DNA of 64,000 nt from Octopus sinensis (lineage: Eukaryota): the NCBI RefSeq assembly GCF_006345805.1, contig NC_042999.1, forward strand, positions 59,706,001 to 59,770,000, written 5' to 3'. Positions 24,165 through 38,723 of the stretch are shown one piece after another; positions within the stretch are counted from its first letter, which is position 1; each line of letters begins with the position of its first letter. The translations under genes were made by a program, and so were the position numbers. Under the pieces are notes generated by a model that worked only from the letters and a program-made list of their open reading frames with translations, made no database searches and was not told the origin of the DNA.

Positions 24165-24480
24165 GAGCGGTCCGGTCCGAGCAGACCGAAACGTGGTGCT
24201 ATGCTATTCGCAAGACCCGCAGAAGAGAAAGCAGGTCAACCCCCGACACCGAGAGCGTCGACGGATGGATGAATGCGCATCCAGGCTCAGCGGTTGCGTA
24301 GGAAGTCGGGGAGAAGAAACAGGAAAAAAGAGTGAGAGAAAGTTGGGGCGAAAGAGTACAACATCGTGAAGCTTTAGGTGTTTTCGCTCAATAAACACAC
24401 ACAACTCCCGGTCTGGGAATCGAAACCGCGATCCTCCGACCGCGAGTCCACTGCCCTAACCACTGTGCCATTGCGCCCCC
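24165..24480 (-). mobile_element. SINE family A, tail type 2, internally deleted
   Basis: Reverse complement of the family-A head plus the tail seen at 35490-35670. Flanked by TGCTGTTG-type repeats. Confidence 0.85.
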
Positions 24481-24504
24481 TGCTGCTGCTGTTGTTGTTT
24501 AGGA

Positions 24505-24930
24505 TGGCCAGCTAGTAGAATCGTTAGGACTCCGGGAAAAATGCTTAGCTGCATCTAGGTTCAGATTTCGCCGTGGTCGACTTTGCCTTTTTATCTTTTC
24601 TGTGTCGATAAGTTAAGTACCAGCTGAGCAAGGGTCTGCGCAATTGACTGGCCCACCCTTCGATCTTACTGGCCTTGTGTCAAAATTTTATACCTTTATC
24701 ATTATTATTATTGAATGTTGTTGTTTGATGATGATGTTATTTTTGGTAAGGCGGCAAGCTGGCAAAATAGCACAAAATGCTTAGCGGAATTTCATCCGTC
24801 TTTATTCTTTGAGTTCAAATCTCACAGGTTATCTTTGCTGCTCATTCTTTTGGGGTCGATTAAATAAGCACCAGTTGAGCACTGGGGGCAATTTTAATCG
24901 ACTAGCTCACAGACCAAGATTTCAGGCCCA
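24505..24930 (+). mobile_element. Two diverged SINE-B copies
   Basis: GTGGTCGACTTTGCC and AAGGCGGCAAGCTGGC...GAGTTCAAATC motifs. Confidence 0.65.
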
Positions 24931-24950
24931 GTGTCTATAGTAAAAATTTA

Positions 24951-25044
<94 letters not shown>

Positions 25045-25058
25045 TATCATTATTATTA

Positions 25059-25095
<37 letters not shown>

Positions 25096-25334
25096 CCACT
25101 TGAACTCTAGGAGTTGATGTAATCGACTTGCTTTTTCCCCAAAAATTTCATCATCCTCATCGTCCTCCCCCTTATCTTCATCTTCCCCTCCTCTTCTTCC
25201 TCATCCTCCTCATTCTCCTCCCATCCTCTTCCTTAGCATCATCATCATCATCATCATCATTTATTTGTCGTGGATGCAAGCATTTTCTCAGTGCTATTCC
25301 TTAAAAGTTATTTTCTTCTGCAATTAAATATTTT

Positions 25335-25870
<536 letters not shown>

Positions 25871-28800
25871 GATACTGTAACGATGAAAAATTACTTGATG
25901 AATAAACAGAAACTTTTTGGTGCAGTTCTTTTTACCAAATGATATTTGATCGTTGACGCCCTTACTCTTGGGTGGTGAAGAGAGATCGTCTTTGTACATT
26001 TGTATTGTGTACATATAGTTTTGCAAATATTAATTTTTTTTTTTTTTTCTAGTTGAGGTTAAATTTGGTCGAGTAGGTGGTAGAGAAAGGGAGTGCTACA
26101 CACAAAATATTTGGAAACACAACAGATATCAAGGGAAAAAAAAGAAAAAAAAGAAGATAAAGAGCAAAAAAATTAAACAGTCACTGTTGGAAACACAGTT
26201 ATAATTTGACATGTACACGAGAAAAATGTCGAAAGTACAAATTTAAATGCCAATAATAATAAGAACTCTGCCACCACCAACAAGAACGAAAACAACAGTA
26301 ACTCGGTCTTTGCTAGCGCTGAAGAGTAAAAGGAAATACGAGACATCGGTCAGATACAAACAATGGAAAAAGCATGAAAGATGTATGTCACAAATCCAAG
26401 TACCTCCTTACTCGAAGAATTTATTCACAAACAGAAAATAATGAGGAAGTTTGCATACATCTGCATATCTCCTCAAAAGAAGAGTTGGAAGAAGCCCAAG
26501 CTAATGTATAGTAGAATGTGTACTCGTTCGGTTGATAGCAAGTACATTGAAACGTGTGGTCGTTCTTTGAGAACGACAATCAACCAAAAGGACAGATACG
26601 TGCCTATGTATATACTAGTAAATGTATGAATTTCGGGTATGCCTGGATTTCGAGTGTGCATACCCAAACTACAGATATTGGTATGGTTTGTTGCAAGCAT
26701 TGTACAACGGTACAGTTATGAGGTGATGATGGTGGTTATGGTGATAAACAATATATTGTTTCATGGGGTCTTCATGGACCTTCAGCAAAAAGAAAAATGA
26801 CCGAGAGACAGCAGCAAGGGCAGCAAAAATAATAGGCTCATGAAGTAAAAGACTGGGGATGTGACTTCAACTACCACTGCTTCAATAGTATCACTGGTCG
26901 CAGCAGTAAGGACAGCCAGAGTGGAAGCAAAAACGTGTGAAATCATAGCATTCTAAATGTTACAATCATCAGCTGCGGACGAAATTGGACACTAAGAAAC
27001 CAAGGGTTTTTTTTCCTCCAGCACAGAACCGCCTATAGTCAACAAAATGTAATGTCACACTACGCGGCTTGTCGGACAGCTATTTAGCATAAACCACCTG
27101 GTCTTTGCAAAACACTCTGGCCGGTGAGCAAAATGGTTCGTCAGTAAATCATAAATCTGAAAGAGAAGCGAAGAACACTCTAAGTTATATGTGTGTGTAT
27201 GTATGTGTGTGTGTATGTGTGTGTGTATGCGTGTGTGTGTGTGTGTGTGTGTGTATGGAAGGGGCTACTTTGGCTACATCTACTAATCAGGCTTTGGTTG
27301 GCTCTAGAAGAAGACATTTGCCCGAAGTGCCATGAGGCGGTGCTGATCCTTAAACCATGTAGTTGGGAAACAAGCTTTTTACCACACAACCATAGAAAAA
27401 TCATTTACGACATGCATTACTTTACAGCCATAGGTCGTAATGAACCAATGAAATAACTTCTACGCTAGAAATGGAGAACATTTAAATTTAACCTTCCACC
27501 TCCACCTGCTGACAATTTTCTCTGAAATCTCATATAATAATGAAAAAAAAATGACTGAAGTTGAAAACTAGTTTTATATAAGTTACTTCGAACATTCTCA
27601 GAAGTCATAAGAAAATTTATGTTATTTCCGTTGATTGAAACGATTGTCTTGTAAAATTAATCATGAGTTAGAATCGGTTTGAATTGATGACGAAATAGTC
27701 TGACTTTTATGGCAACCAATTAACATTTAGCATATGTCAATTCATCTTCTGTTTTGTTAAAGATTTTAAATCATTCTTGTAAATTGCGAAAAAAATTATC
27801 AAACTGTTTTTGCAATGGCTTGTGTTAATAAAAGATAAAAAAATTATCGGTGATTGTTTGAGGAAGAATATGGACTGATAATTATTTATTCAAAGAAGTG
27901 TAAAAGGAAATTGTGTGTGTGTTTGAGTGAGTATGTGTACGTTTGAGTGAGTATGCGTGTTTGTGTTAGAGTGTCTATGCTTGAGTGAGTGTTCGTGTGT
28001 ATATAAATGTGTGTATGAGTGTGCTTGTGTATGTGTGTATTTCTCTGTACGCGTGTGTTTGTGTGAGTGGTGAACGTGTGTCAGTGTATAGATGTGTATT
28101 TGCGTGTATGTCTCTGTATGTGTGCGTGTGGATGTGAATGGGTGTGAGTGTGTCTGTCCGTTCGTAAGCGTATGTGAATATATGTGAATATAAATGTGTG
28201 ATGAATGTGTGTGAGTGTGTGCGTTTCATTATTTGTAAAAATTCCGTAGGTGTTTTTAAAAAGTGCAAATTCTAAAGCCATTATTTAACCAAACATGAGG
28301 AATACGAAAATTCACAAGAAAACATATCAAAACAGACCGTTGTATTTAGACAAGCTATAGCATTTTTAAAACAATCTTTAAACAAACAGCAACATATTTT
28401 CAAAAGACATTAATGGAACTACTTTATTTAAGGAAACCAGTTATGAAGTGTGTATTATAATTGCGAAGAAAGCAAAACAAAGTACACATCGAAAGCTTTC
28501 CCCCAAGATGGTGTTGCAAGAATTTTAATTCTAGAAGAAATCAAGATGGTTTGAGAATAATAGCTTACGAAAGAGAAAAATCGCTGACTTAGTAAAAGGA
28601 CATGATTAACAACAGCTAACTATCCTTAAAACGTTTAGCATCAAAATTTGTGTTAGAGTTGTAGATGAGATAAATGCATATGCATGCACGTGAGAGAGAG
28701 AGAGAGAGAAGGAGTAAGAGAGAGTGAGAGTGAGAGAGAATGAGTGAGGGAGAGTGAAAGAGAGTGAGAGAGAGTGAGAGTGAGAGAGAAGTTACGATAA

Positions 28801-29383
28801 ATACAAGTTTATATCATTTATTCCTGCTACGGAAAACTAGAGGGAAGAATAATATAAACATATATCTGTCGTACTTTCTCCTACATATGCAAACTCTATA
28901 TCAAAATTAGCAATTCTACTACTTACCAAACCGCTATATAAAAACAAAGAGAGATAAATAAGGGATAATAGTCCAGGTAAGATACTTCTTAAGCTCTCTG
29001 CACCCAGATGCATATGCGAAACAGCTGTAAGACTAGAATAAATAAATAGACAGATATATTGCCTTCGAGAATGAAGTAGATGAAACACGGACAACTGAAG
29101 AAGAGGAATATTCTTTATGTTGCATATCTCGTTTCTCGGGGGGGGGGTTGGGGGGGGGTCGTTGTTCGAAAAAAGTTCGTTTTCTATGTTTTTGTTTTTA
29201 TGTTTTCGTTTCTCATTGTGTTCAACGTTTTTTATGTCCTGTACCCATATATGCATGTATATATACATATATATGTAGTTATGTACATATATGTATGTAT
29301 ATATGCATGTATTTATATATTCATATTATTATATGATCGAACGCCACGCATCCTTTTCCAAGTAAATTTTATCAATATAACCA

Positions 29384-29799
29384 CTTTTACGCTTTTACTT
29401 GTTTCAGTCATTTGATTGCGGCCATGCTGGAGCACCGCCTTTAGTCGAGCAAATTGACCCCAGAGCTTATTCTTTGTAAGCCTAGTACTTATTCTATCGG
29501 TGGGTTTTTTTTGTCGAACTGCTAAGTTACGGGGATGTAAATACACCAACATCGATTGTTAAGCGATGTTTTTTTGGGGGGACAAACATAGACACACAAA
29601 CATATACTCACACATACATATATATACATATATACGACGGGCTTCTTTCAGTTTCCGTCTACCAAATCCACTCACAAGGTTTTGGTCGGACCGAGGCTAT
29701 AGTAGAAGACACGTGCCCAAGGTTCAATCCCAGTGGGATTGAACCCGGAACCATGTGGTTCGTAAGCAAGCTACTTACCACACAGCCACTCCTACGCCT
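29384..29799 (-). mobile_element. SINE family C, full length
   Basis: Complete family-C consensus. Confidence 0.9.
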
Positions 29800-29989
29800 A
29801 TATAACCCATTATTTCCATTTATTATATATATATATATATAAGTCGCAACAATGGCGAAATGTCGTTGTTTGTCGCTTCAAGAAAGGCCCCTTGTAAGTT
29901 GTCTCCCTTTATTATGACTTTCAGACGATTTTAATATCAGACGGTCTGAGAATATAAAGTTAATCCAAACAAGAAAACGCAAAAAAAAA

Positions 29990-30165
29990 CACAACAACGC
30001 GAGGACGTGGAACAAATAAAGTATCATTGGACGCTCAGGAAAGAAGGGAAGGAGGGTTTAACGTTTCGAGCGGAGCTCTTCGTCGGAAACATAGGAGAAG
30101 GAAAGATCCCGAGAAGGGAAGACAGAGGAAAAAATCGCCAGCGGTACTCACGAGGTCACATATTG
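29990..30165 (-). mobile_element. Penelope-like short repeat with near-canonical hammerhead motif
   Basis: Minus strand 30090-30055 reads GTTT-CCGACGA-A-GAGC-TCC-GCTC-GAAAC-GTT-AAAC. Related to 49345-49500. Confidence 0.6.
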
Positions 30166-30940
30166 AAAGACCGGAAGTAGAAAGGTGGAAGAATAATGTT
30201 TTTTAAAGACAGGAGAGTTTTCAAAGACAGTACGTAGAATGTCAAAGACAAGGAAAGTGAGAAGGGGAATGTGTGTGGATGTGTGCGTGCGCTGAGGTCT
30301 GCGTGTGCGCGTGTGTGTATATGTGTGCAATGATGACACGTGTGTGTGTGTGTGTGTGTGCGTGTGTGTGTATGTGTGTAGGGCGAACAACTGGCTAGTA
30401 GCTGGCCAGTAGTAAGAATAAGGAGTGGTGTTTTTTGTGTCCAGCCACAGGTCAAAACAAAGAAGTAGTGTGTGTGCGTGTATGTATACGTATCGTGTGT
30501 GTGTTTTGTTTGTAGTGTGTGTGTGCATGCGTAGAGTTTGGGTGTGTGGCGAGTAACTGTATTTAACTTAGTGTATGTGTGCGTGTGTGCTTGTACGTGC
30601 GTGTGGGTGTATATATATGTATGTATAATTGTGTGCGTGTATGTATAATTGTGTGCCGTGTGTTTGGGATGTATGTGTGGGTTCATTTGTGCGTGTGTGT
30701 GTATGTATGTGCGTTTGTATGTGTGTGCGTGTAGTGTGCGTTTGTATGTGTGTGTGTGTGTAAGCGTATATGGATGTATATGCGTGTATCCGTGGGGTTG
30801 TGAGTTTTGGGTGTGTGCATTGGTGTGCGTGTGTGCGTGCGTATGTGTGCGCATGTTTTTGTGTGCGTATGTGTATGTGTGTGCCTGTGCCTTAATGTGT
30901 GTACTATGTGTATGTGTGCGTGCGCGTGTAGGATATATTG

Positions 30941-31040
30941 NNNNNNNNNNNNNNNNNNNNNNNNNNNNNNNNNNNNNNNNNNNNNNNNNNNNNNNNNNNN
31001 NNNNNNNNNNNNNNNNNNNNNNNNNNNNNNNNNNNNNNNN
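30941..31040. other. Assembly gap (100 N)
   Basis: Run of N preceded by a ~650-bp degenerate (TG)-rich tract. Confidence 1.
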
Positions 31041-31387
31041 GTTATTGTTATTGTTGCGGAGTGGGGTGGGGTGCTGTGGGGGTTGGGGTGATGATATTTA
31101 TTGTTGTTCGTTTTTGTTGCTGCTGTTTTTCTGGTGTTCTTTCCGTTTTCTCTGTTTCTATTTATTTATTTATTTATTTATTTATTCATTATTTATTTAT
31201 TTAGGTTTTGATAAAAAGAATAACTTCAGCCATTACGAAAAACACTTTGTAGAGACCTCATGTGGATATAATATTATTTAAGGAGTTTCCAGTCTCTCTT
31301 TCTCTTTCTCTCTCTCTCTCTTTTTCATTCTTTCTTTCTTTCTCCCTCTCCCTATATTTCTCACTGTCCTTCTCTTTCATGCATCAT

Positions 31388-31418
<31 letters not shown>

Positions 31419-31534
31419 CATTTATACATATGTATATGTGTTGATGTATATATGTATTTCTGCATGTACATTGTACATATGTATCTGTGGCATATGTATC
31501 CACACAAGCATATTTTATACAAATATGTTAACGT

Positions 31535-31566
<32 letters not shown>

Positions 31567-31631
31567 ATATATATAATATATATATATATACATACAGACA
31601 GACAGACAGACGTGTGTAACTGTCTGTCTGC

Positions 31632-31690
<59 letters not shown>

Positions 31691-31765
31691 CCTATCTATC
31701 CATCTGTCTTTCTATCTATCTACCTACCTACCTATCCATCTATCTATCTATCCGCCTACCTACCC

Positions 31766-31818
<53 letters not shown>

Positions 31819-31839
31819 GGTAGCTAGCTAGCTCTCTCT

Positions 31840-31875
<36 letters not shown>

Positions 31876-32270
31876 ATCCACCCTATATCCCTCCATTCTA
31901 CACGTCTGTATCGGAGCATCAATACATGTGAAGGTGTTTTCCTCTTCTGTGGAATCTATTCGGTAAACAGTCGTTATCAAATGTGTTTTGTGAGCTCTAC
32001 TGAGAAGCGATTTCAACGATTTAACGACGTATTTAATATCTTCGCCTGAATGCATCGCGCTTTGTGTATATAAATTCTGTCTGTATGTGTGTGTGCGAGA
32101 GAGAGAGAGAGAGTGAGAGAGAGAGAGGGGGGGAGAGAGTATATGTGCGTGCTTATATTTAAGCATACAAACACACATTTATATGTATATGTATATGCAT
32201 GTGTATATATAATGTGTGTGTACGCACACATTCGTATGCATATTTGCATATTTGTTTAAATACACCCTGT

Positions 32271-32314
<44 letters not shown>

Positions 32315-32701
32315 ATAATATATTATATATATATATACACTCACACATATAAATGTATACGTATCTCTACGTATATTTGAACCATATATATATGTATATA
32401 TATATATATATATTATATGTGTGTGTAGAGATACGTATATATCTATATGTGTTATGTTATATATATATAATTACGTCAGTATATATAATATGTACGTATA
32501 TATATATATACATATATACATACATATATATTATATATATATTATATAATATATATGTATATGTTGTGTGTGTATGTATATATATATATATATGTGTGTG
32601 TGTAGAGATACGTATATATCTATATGTGTATGTGTATATATATAATATACGTCAGTATATATAAATATGTACGTATATATATATATATACATATATACAT
32701 A

Positions 32702-32749
<48 letters not shown>

Positions 32750-33207
32750 TATGTTATTGTGTTGTGTATGTAATATATATATATATATATATATGATTAA
32801 TATAATCTAATATGATATAATATAATATACTATATAATAATCTAATATAATTACTATAATATAATATAATATAATAATATATATAGTTTTCGCTGACCTC
32901 TCTCGTCGATAGTTGAATGTCTGTTTCTACGATTGAACATTCCGGAATGCTGTTTACATTTCTGAACCTCATTCTATAGAAATGTCCATATCATTAGTTC
33001 AGATAAGGTAAGGCAAGATTCTTTGAATAATATATAATAATATTGTCTAGTATAACGAAATACAAATTAAGCCGTTTTAGTAACACTCGAGTGCGCACGC
33101 CTTCCCGCACTCACACATCCACCTACGTAATATGTGTATACATACATACATACATACATACATACATACATACATACATACTACATACATACATACATAC
33201 ATACATA

Positions 33208-33249
<42 letters not shown>

Positions 33250-33608
33250 GATATATAATATATAGTTATATGTATGTATTATTAAATAGCGCGTTTACTG
33301 ATCGTTGGAGCGTTGTACAGGATGCCCTGCGATATTCGTTTCCGGTGCTCCGAGTTCAGATCCCGCCTTTGTCAATTTCTTTTCTTTCATCCTTTCGGAG
33401 ATGGGAGTCAGTCAGTAAAATACCAATCCTGTACCAAGATCGATTCATCTTATTCTTTTTCCGCTCTTCTTGTTCTGACCCCAGAGAAAAATTGGTTCCG
33501 CTATGTTTGTTTCAAATGCACAAGTTACATCGTATGTCAGCATAGTGCTATAACAAATCAATAACGAGGTTAGTGCCTAAAAGTATGATCGATATATATG
33601 TATATATT

Positions 33609-33930
33609 ATTTATGATGGCGACTCTACATGGTCCCACGACATGCCATAAAGGCAGCAGTCATATGTCCCTCAGATCATATCAGACACGACCGATGTGTG
33701 TATTACTTACGATGGAGACTCTGCGTTGTCTTACGACATGCCTTAGAGACAGCAGTCATATCTCCCTCAAATCATATCAGACATGACCGATGTGTGTATT
33801 ACAATGGAGACTTTGCGTTGTCTTACGACATGACATAAAGATAGCAGTCATATCTCCCTCAAATCATATCAGACATGACCGATATATGTATTACTTTTGA
33901 CGGAGATTCTGTGTGATCCCACAAATCATG
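33609..33930. repeat. Minisatellite, ~92-96-bp unit, ~3.3 copies
   Basis: GCAGTCATAT...CAAATCATATCAGACA-GACCGAT recurs, with CATAT at 33661, 33757 and 33849. Confidence 0.9.
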
Positions 33931-34220
33931 TCAAATCATGTCAAACATGTCCGAAAAACAAAAAGCGCAATGATGGCTACGAGTAAGCTGTCATTTATCT
34001 TAGATTTGCTCCAATCAGGGATGACTTAGGTATTTATCATCATCATCATCATCATCATCATATCAACAACAACAATAGCAACACTATCAACATCATCATC
34101 AACAATAACAATATTATTTGTCATGTCTTGGAAGACGCAAAGGTTGGACGATTCATTGACAGGAAAAAAATGATAGCAACTTTACCTTCCATGGCTGAGC
34201 AATTTTCGAATGGTGTAAAC

Positions 34221-34261
<41 letters not shown>

Positions 34262-34654
34262 ACCGGTTTCTTTCAATTTTCGTCTACCAATCCTGAATCC
34301 GATGAAAAAGACATTTACCCGAGGTGTTGCGCAGTGGGAACTGAACTTGAAACTACGCGATTGGGAAGTGAATGTCATAACAGCATAGACACGCATACGT
34401 CCGCATCTTGTGATACACTAAAAACGAAAATAGATAAATAAATAAAATAAAAATTAAAAGCAAAAGTACTCGAGAGCGCAGGATTGCTTAGTTGATTAGA
34501 TAAGCAAGACCCAACACAGAGAAGAGAGAGTATTTCTTTTTTTTTCCCCCCCGAAAATGCAGTCTTATCTTTAAACAAGTATCACCGTATACAAACATTT
34601 CGTTACTTTGTATGCAGTTATGTTAAAAAAATTTAGTTCTGTTCAGCATGACTA

Positions 34655-34831
34655 TATTTCTTTACTACCCACAAGGGGCTAAACATAGAGGAGACAAACA
34701 AGGACAGACAAACGGATTAAGTCGATTATATCGACCCCAGTGCGAAACTGGTACTTTATTTATCGACCCCGAAAGGATGAAAGGCAAAGTCGACCTCGGC
34801 GGAATTTGAACTCAGAACGTATCGACAGACG
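34655..34831 (-). mobile_element. SINE family B, one unit, head missing
   Basis: TATTTCTTTACTACCCACAAGGGG...GTCGACCTCGGCGGAATTTGAACTCAGAACG. Confidence 0.85.
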
Positions 34832-35266
34832 GACTGTATAACCTGGATGGGGAGCCGTCTCCTGTTAAGCAAATCTTTCCAAAGAAAAAGTTCATGTGTG
34901 ATACTGAGTCTGGTTGTTTGTCGACAGGTGAGTTCTCTAATCAGAAGTGTTCAAACCTGAATCATTGCATTGAAATATTACGTTCCTCGCGCATGATAAA
35001 TGGACTAATAACTGATTTCTACCGATGCAAACCAATATTATTTTCCTAGGATTCTGGATTTTACCATTTTACCATACTCCTTCGTAGGTACAAAATATGA
35101 AGATGATGTCTTTTTCGTCGTATCTTACTGGAGTAAGGACTACAGTCTGTATATAGAAATAGCAACCAACTGTCCAATTCCATGTCCTACTGTCCCACAT
35201 TGTACAATGTTGCTACAAAATAGCGGAATTATCACAACTATAACCTTTGATTATTGGTCTGCTTGA
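34829..35266 (+). pseudogene. Candidate two-exon coding remnant, product unknown
   Basis: Open frame GLYNLDGEPSPVKQIFPKKKFMCDTESGCLST ends at donor G|GTGAGT (34927/34928). A phase-compatible acceptor (CCATACTCCTTCGTAG|, 35087) continues GTKYEDDVFFVVSYWSKDY...FDYWSA*. No family recognised. Confidence 0.3.
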
Positions 35267-35311
35267 TTGGAACTGACTTGAGGTAAATGAACAGTTACAG
35301 CAGCAACAGTA

Positions 35312-35670
35312 GTGGAGGCGCAATGGCCCAGTGGTTAGGGCAGCGGACTCGCGGTTTCGATTCCCAGACCGGGCGTTGTGTGTGTTTATTGAGCGAAAAC
35401 ACCTAAAGCTCCACGAGGCTCTGGCAGGGGGTGGTGACCACCCCTGTTGTACTCTTTCGTCCCAACTTTCTCTCACTCTTTCTTCCTGTTTCTTGTCCCC
35501 GACTTCCTACGCAACCGCTGAGCCTGGATGCGCATTCATCCATCCGTTGATGCTCTCGGTGTCGGGGGTTGACCTGCTTTCTCTTCTGCAGGTCTTACGA
35601 ATAGCAAAGGACCACGTTTCGGACTTCTCCCACTAATGGGACGAAGACCGCTTAGCTCAACAAACAAACA
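35312..35670 (+). mobile_element. SINE family A, tail type 2, with 13-bp TSD
   Basis: TSD AGCAGCAACAGTA at 35299-35311 and 35671-35683. Confidence 0.9.
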
Positions 35671-36817
35671 AGCAGCAACAGTAATTATGTTTCACCAAAT
35701 GCGATGAAACCTGGTATTTTTTGTTTATGGTTTCATCAGAAGAGGAAGAACAGCGCTACTGGTTCTTTTTTAAAGTCTTTAAGTTGGTGGCGTTGTGTTG
35801 ATGGAGCCCCAGGCTGGTGCCCAGGGAGCAAAATTCTATGGAACATAAAATTTCAAAAGAAAAATTAATAAATGAATAAAGTAGTAACATTAAATATAAA
35901 AAAAAAGTGCACCCTCCCTGCAATGTTTGACTTTCCTCCTGGAGCTGACAGCTCATGCTACAACACGATGTCTTTAAGATCGTTAAGAGGCTGGAAGGAA
36001 GTCATTTTTGGAGCAGAGACATGCTTACGAAACAGTAGATTCTGTAAAACGCACCCAGGGACTTGTATGGTAATAATGTTAAATCAGATTGTGGATTAAA
36101 TCCATTTCGGGATTTCACCCTGTTTCCATCTACCTGGGGTAGCTATAGTTGGAGTCAACTGGCCGAACACGAAAGGCATAGTTGGGAAGCGATCTTATCG
36201 ACTACACAGCTATGTCGACAACGTAACAATGCTAAATTATTCTACTATATGAAAATAAGATCTGCTCCATTAGATAGTGGCGTATCCCTATTTCCGTGTA
36301 TAGTACTCGCCCTCAGCCTCTTGAATGGGTACCTTCTATCGGTTACAGGATTAAACCTTGCTTCCTCCAGTGCTGTTGGTATTCATTTTCTTTTCAACTG
36401 ATTAGATTGGAGAAACGTGAAGTCCACCCTCCTAAAACAAAATACTTTAAATCAAAAATGCAAGGGATAGACAATTGCGAAAAACTTGGAGGTAAAAAAA
36501 ATTATCTTAACTCACTGTGTATATCGTAAGTTACTGTATAATGGTAAGTTGAAAATTTTCCAAGGTCATATCTCTAGTATATATGAAACATTGCCCCAGG
36601 AATTCAAGTACTGTATTCTGTTGGAGGACGGCAGAAGTATTATAGCGTGATGCTCTCAAAGTACAGTAAGTCAGAAAGCAAGAAACAGACAACTGCGAAA
36701 AGCGTTAAAAAATTATCCTAATTCTTTTTAATTCACTTTGTATTGCAAGAACTCACTACTTGAATGGAGCATAAACAAAACTTGACTTAAACAAGATTTA
36801 GATAATCCTATCAGTTT

Positions 36818-37245
36818 ATCGGTTATCAAGCGATGTTGGGGTGGTGGAGACAAACACACACACACACACATATATATATACGACGTGCTTCTTTCAGTTT
36901 CCGTCTACCAAATCCACTCACAAGGATTTCGTCGGCTCGAGGCTACAGTAGAAGACACTTACCCAAGGTGTCCACAGATAGTGTGTCGTATAACCAGCTA
37001 GATACGATATTTGTTGGAGCTAAAACAACAGTAGCATCGCCCCTTATAGGACAGCTACATTATATTGGTAAATATAATGTTGGCGTGTTTACGTTCCCGT
37101 AACTTAGCGGCTCGGCAAAAGAGACCGATTGAATAAGTACTAGGCTTACAAAGAATAAGTACTCGGATCGATTTGCTCGACTAAAGGCTGTGCTGCAGCA
37201 CGGCCGCAGTCAAAATGACTGAAACAAGTAAAAGAATAAAAGAGT
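36818..37245. mobile_element. Rearranged SINE-C: inverted 5' part, ~100-bp spacer, forward 3' part
   Basis: Bases 36820-37075 are the reverse complement of 40631-40910 and share its diagnostic substitutions. Confidence 0.85.
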
Positions 37246-38299
37246 ATACAGCTTGCTTGGTGATTGCTCTACCGGTTGAACTCTGCACAAACTATATTAA
37301 GTTGGACATGGCCTGGACCAATCTTTGGTCGAAACATATCTAAGCTATCTAAGTTATCATAAGTTACTATATAAGTTTAACATTTTCCAAGATCCTGTTT
37401 CTACTATGTATGAAGCATGGTCCCAGGAATTCAAATGTCCATTCTCCGACAAAGCATTAAGTCGACTTATTGTGTTTTAATGGAGGAGGGCAGAAATGTC
37501 ATAGCGTGATGCTCTCTGCTCAACAAAACACTGCTCGGTTTGGGAAGGGAAAGCCAGAACTTGTAATCTTCGTTAGTCCAACATCCCAAACCACTCGGCC
37601 ACACGGCTTAACGATGGAAAAAAAATCATGTAAACAAACTAAAATTAAGATCTACACCAAAACCCAAAAAAATATATATATAAATAAATAAATAAATAAA
37701 ATAAAAATAAAAATGATAAAGAAATACAAAACACTCATACACACACACATAAAACACCATTCTCGTGGAATTAATTCTATATCAAATGCAGCTCTGTTAA
37801 ACATTTTAGAGCAGTTTTGCAAGGAAAATGAATCGTACAAGAAAAATCATTCGTATGTAAAAAAAACTAAAAAAAAAAAACAAGATCAGCAAAAAAAAAA
37901 AAAAAAAAAGAGACAAACATTAGAGAGAAAGAGAAGAGGGGAGACCATTCCACCCTCTTTCCTCCTCCTCTTTCTCTCTTGTTTCCAGTAAATAGCGGAA
38001 TTATACGCACGTGCAGTGCACATTATACGAAATCAAACAAATTTTATAAATAAAGCTATTTTTCTATGTTTATTTTTTTTTTGTTTTTGTTGTTTTGTAT
38101 ATGTTCTTCTTTCGAAGTTATTGATTTTTTATTGAATGTACTTATTCGAAGTATTATTATTTCATAAATTGGTTTCTTGTCTTTTCTTTCTTGTCTTTCG
38201 GTTATTTTCTTTTTGTTTTGTTTTGTTTTGTTTTTTTTCTTTGCTTTATCTTTGTTTTTAAGTCTTTTTGTTCTGTTAGTTCCTCATTTATTCATTTAT

Positions 38300-38332
38300 T
38301 TATTTTCATGTTTATCATCATCATCATTATCA

Positions 38333-38372
<40 letters not shown>

Positions 38373-38463
38373 CATCATCATCATTATTGTTATTATTATT
38401 ATTATTATTATTATATCATCATCATCATTATTGTTATGATTATTATCATCATCATCATCATCA

Positions 38464-38505
<42 letters not shown>

Positions 38506-38690
38506 CATCCTCATCATTATTGTTATTATTATTATTATTATCATCATCATCATCATTATTGTTATTATTATTATATCATCATCATTATTATTATTATTAT
38601 GATTATTATTATATTATTATTATTATATTATTATCATTATTGTTGTTATTATTATTATTATTATTATTTTTCATTATTATCATATCATTT

Positions 38691-38723
<33 letters not shown>

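Noticed and set aside
26230-26760. Possible decayed LINE ORF1/gag-like coding region
   Set aside because: The resemblance is only vague, there is no intact CCHC knuckle, and there are multiple stops. It cannot be supported without a profile search.
31063-31088. G-quadruplex motif next to the gap (also G10-TT-G9 at 29138-29158)
   Set aside because: The pattern is real, but contig-end and homopolymer sequence is unreliable and there is no functional context.
33609-33930. CRISPR-like periodicity (also 14990-15545 and the 184-bp arrays)
   Set aside because: The whole unit repeats, with no unique spacers and no cas genes, in a eukaryotic context.
35490-35670. HDV-like ribozyme in SINE-A tail 2 (GTCCC...CTAATGGGAC)
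   Set aside because: I could not build P1, P3 or P1.1. The CTAA segment is better explained as the loop of a local TCCCA/TGGGA hairpin.
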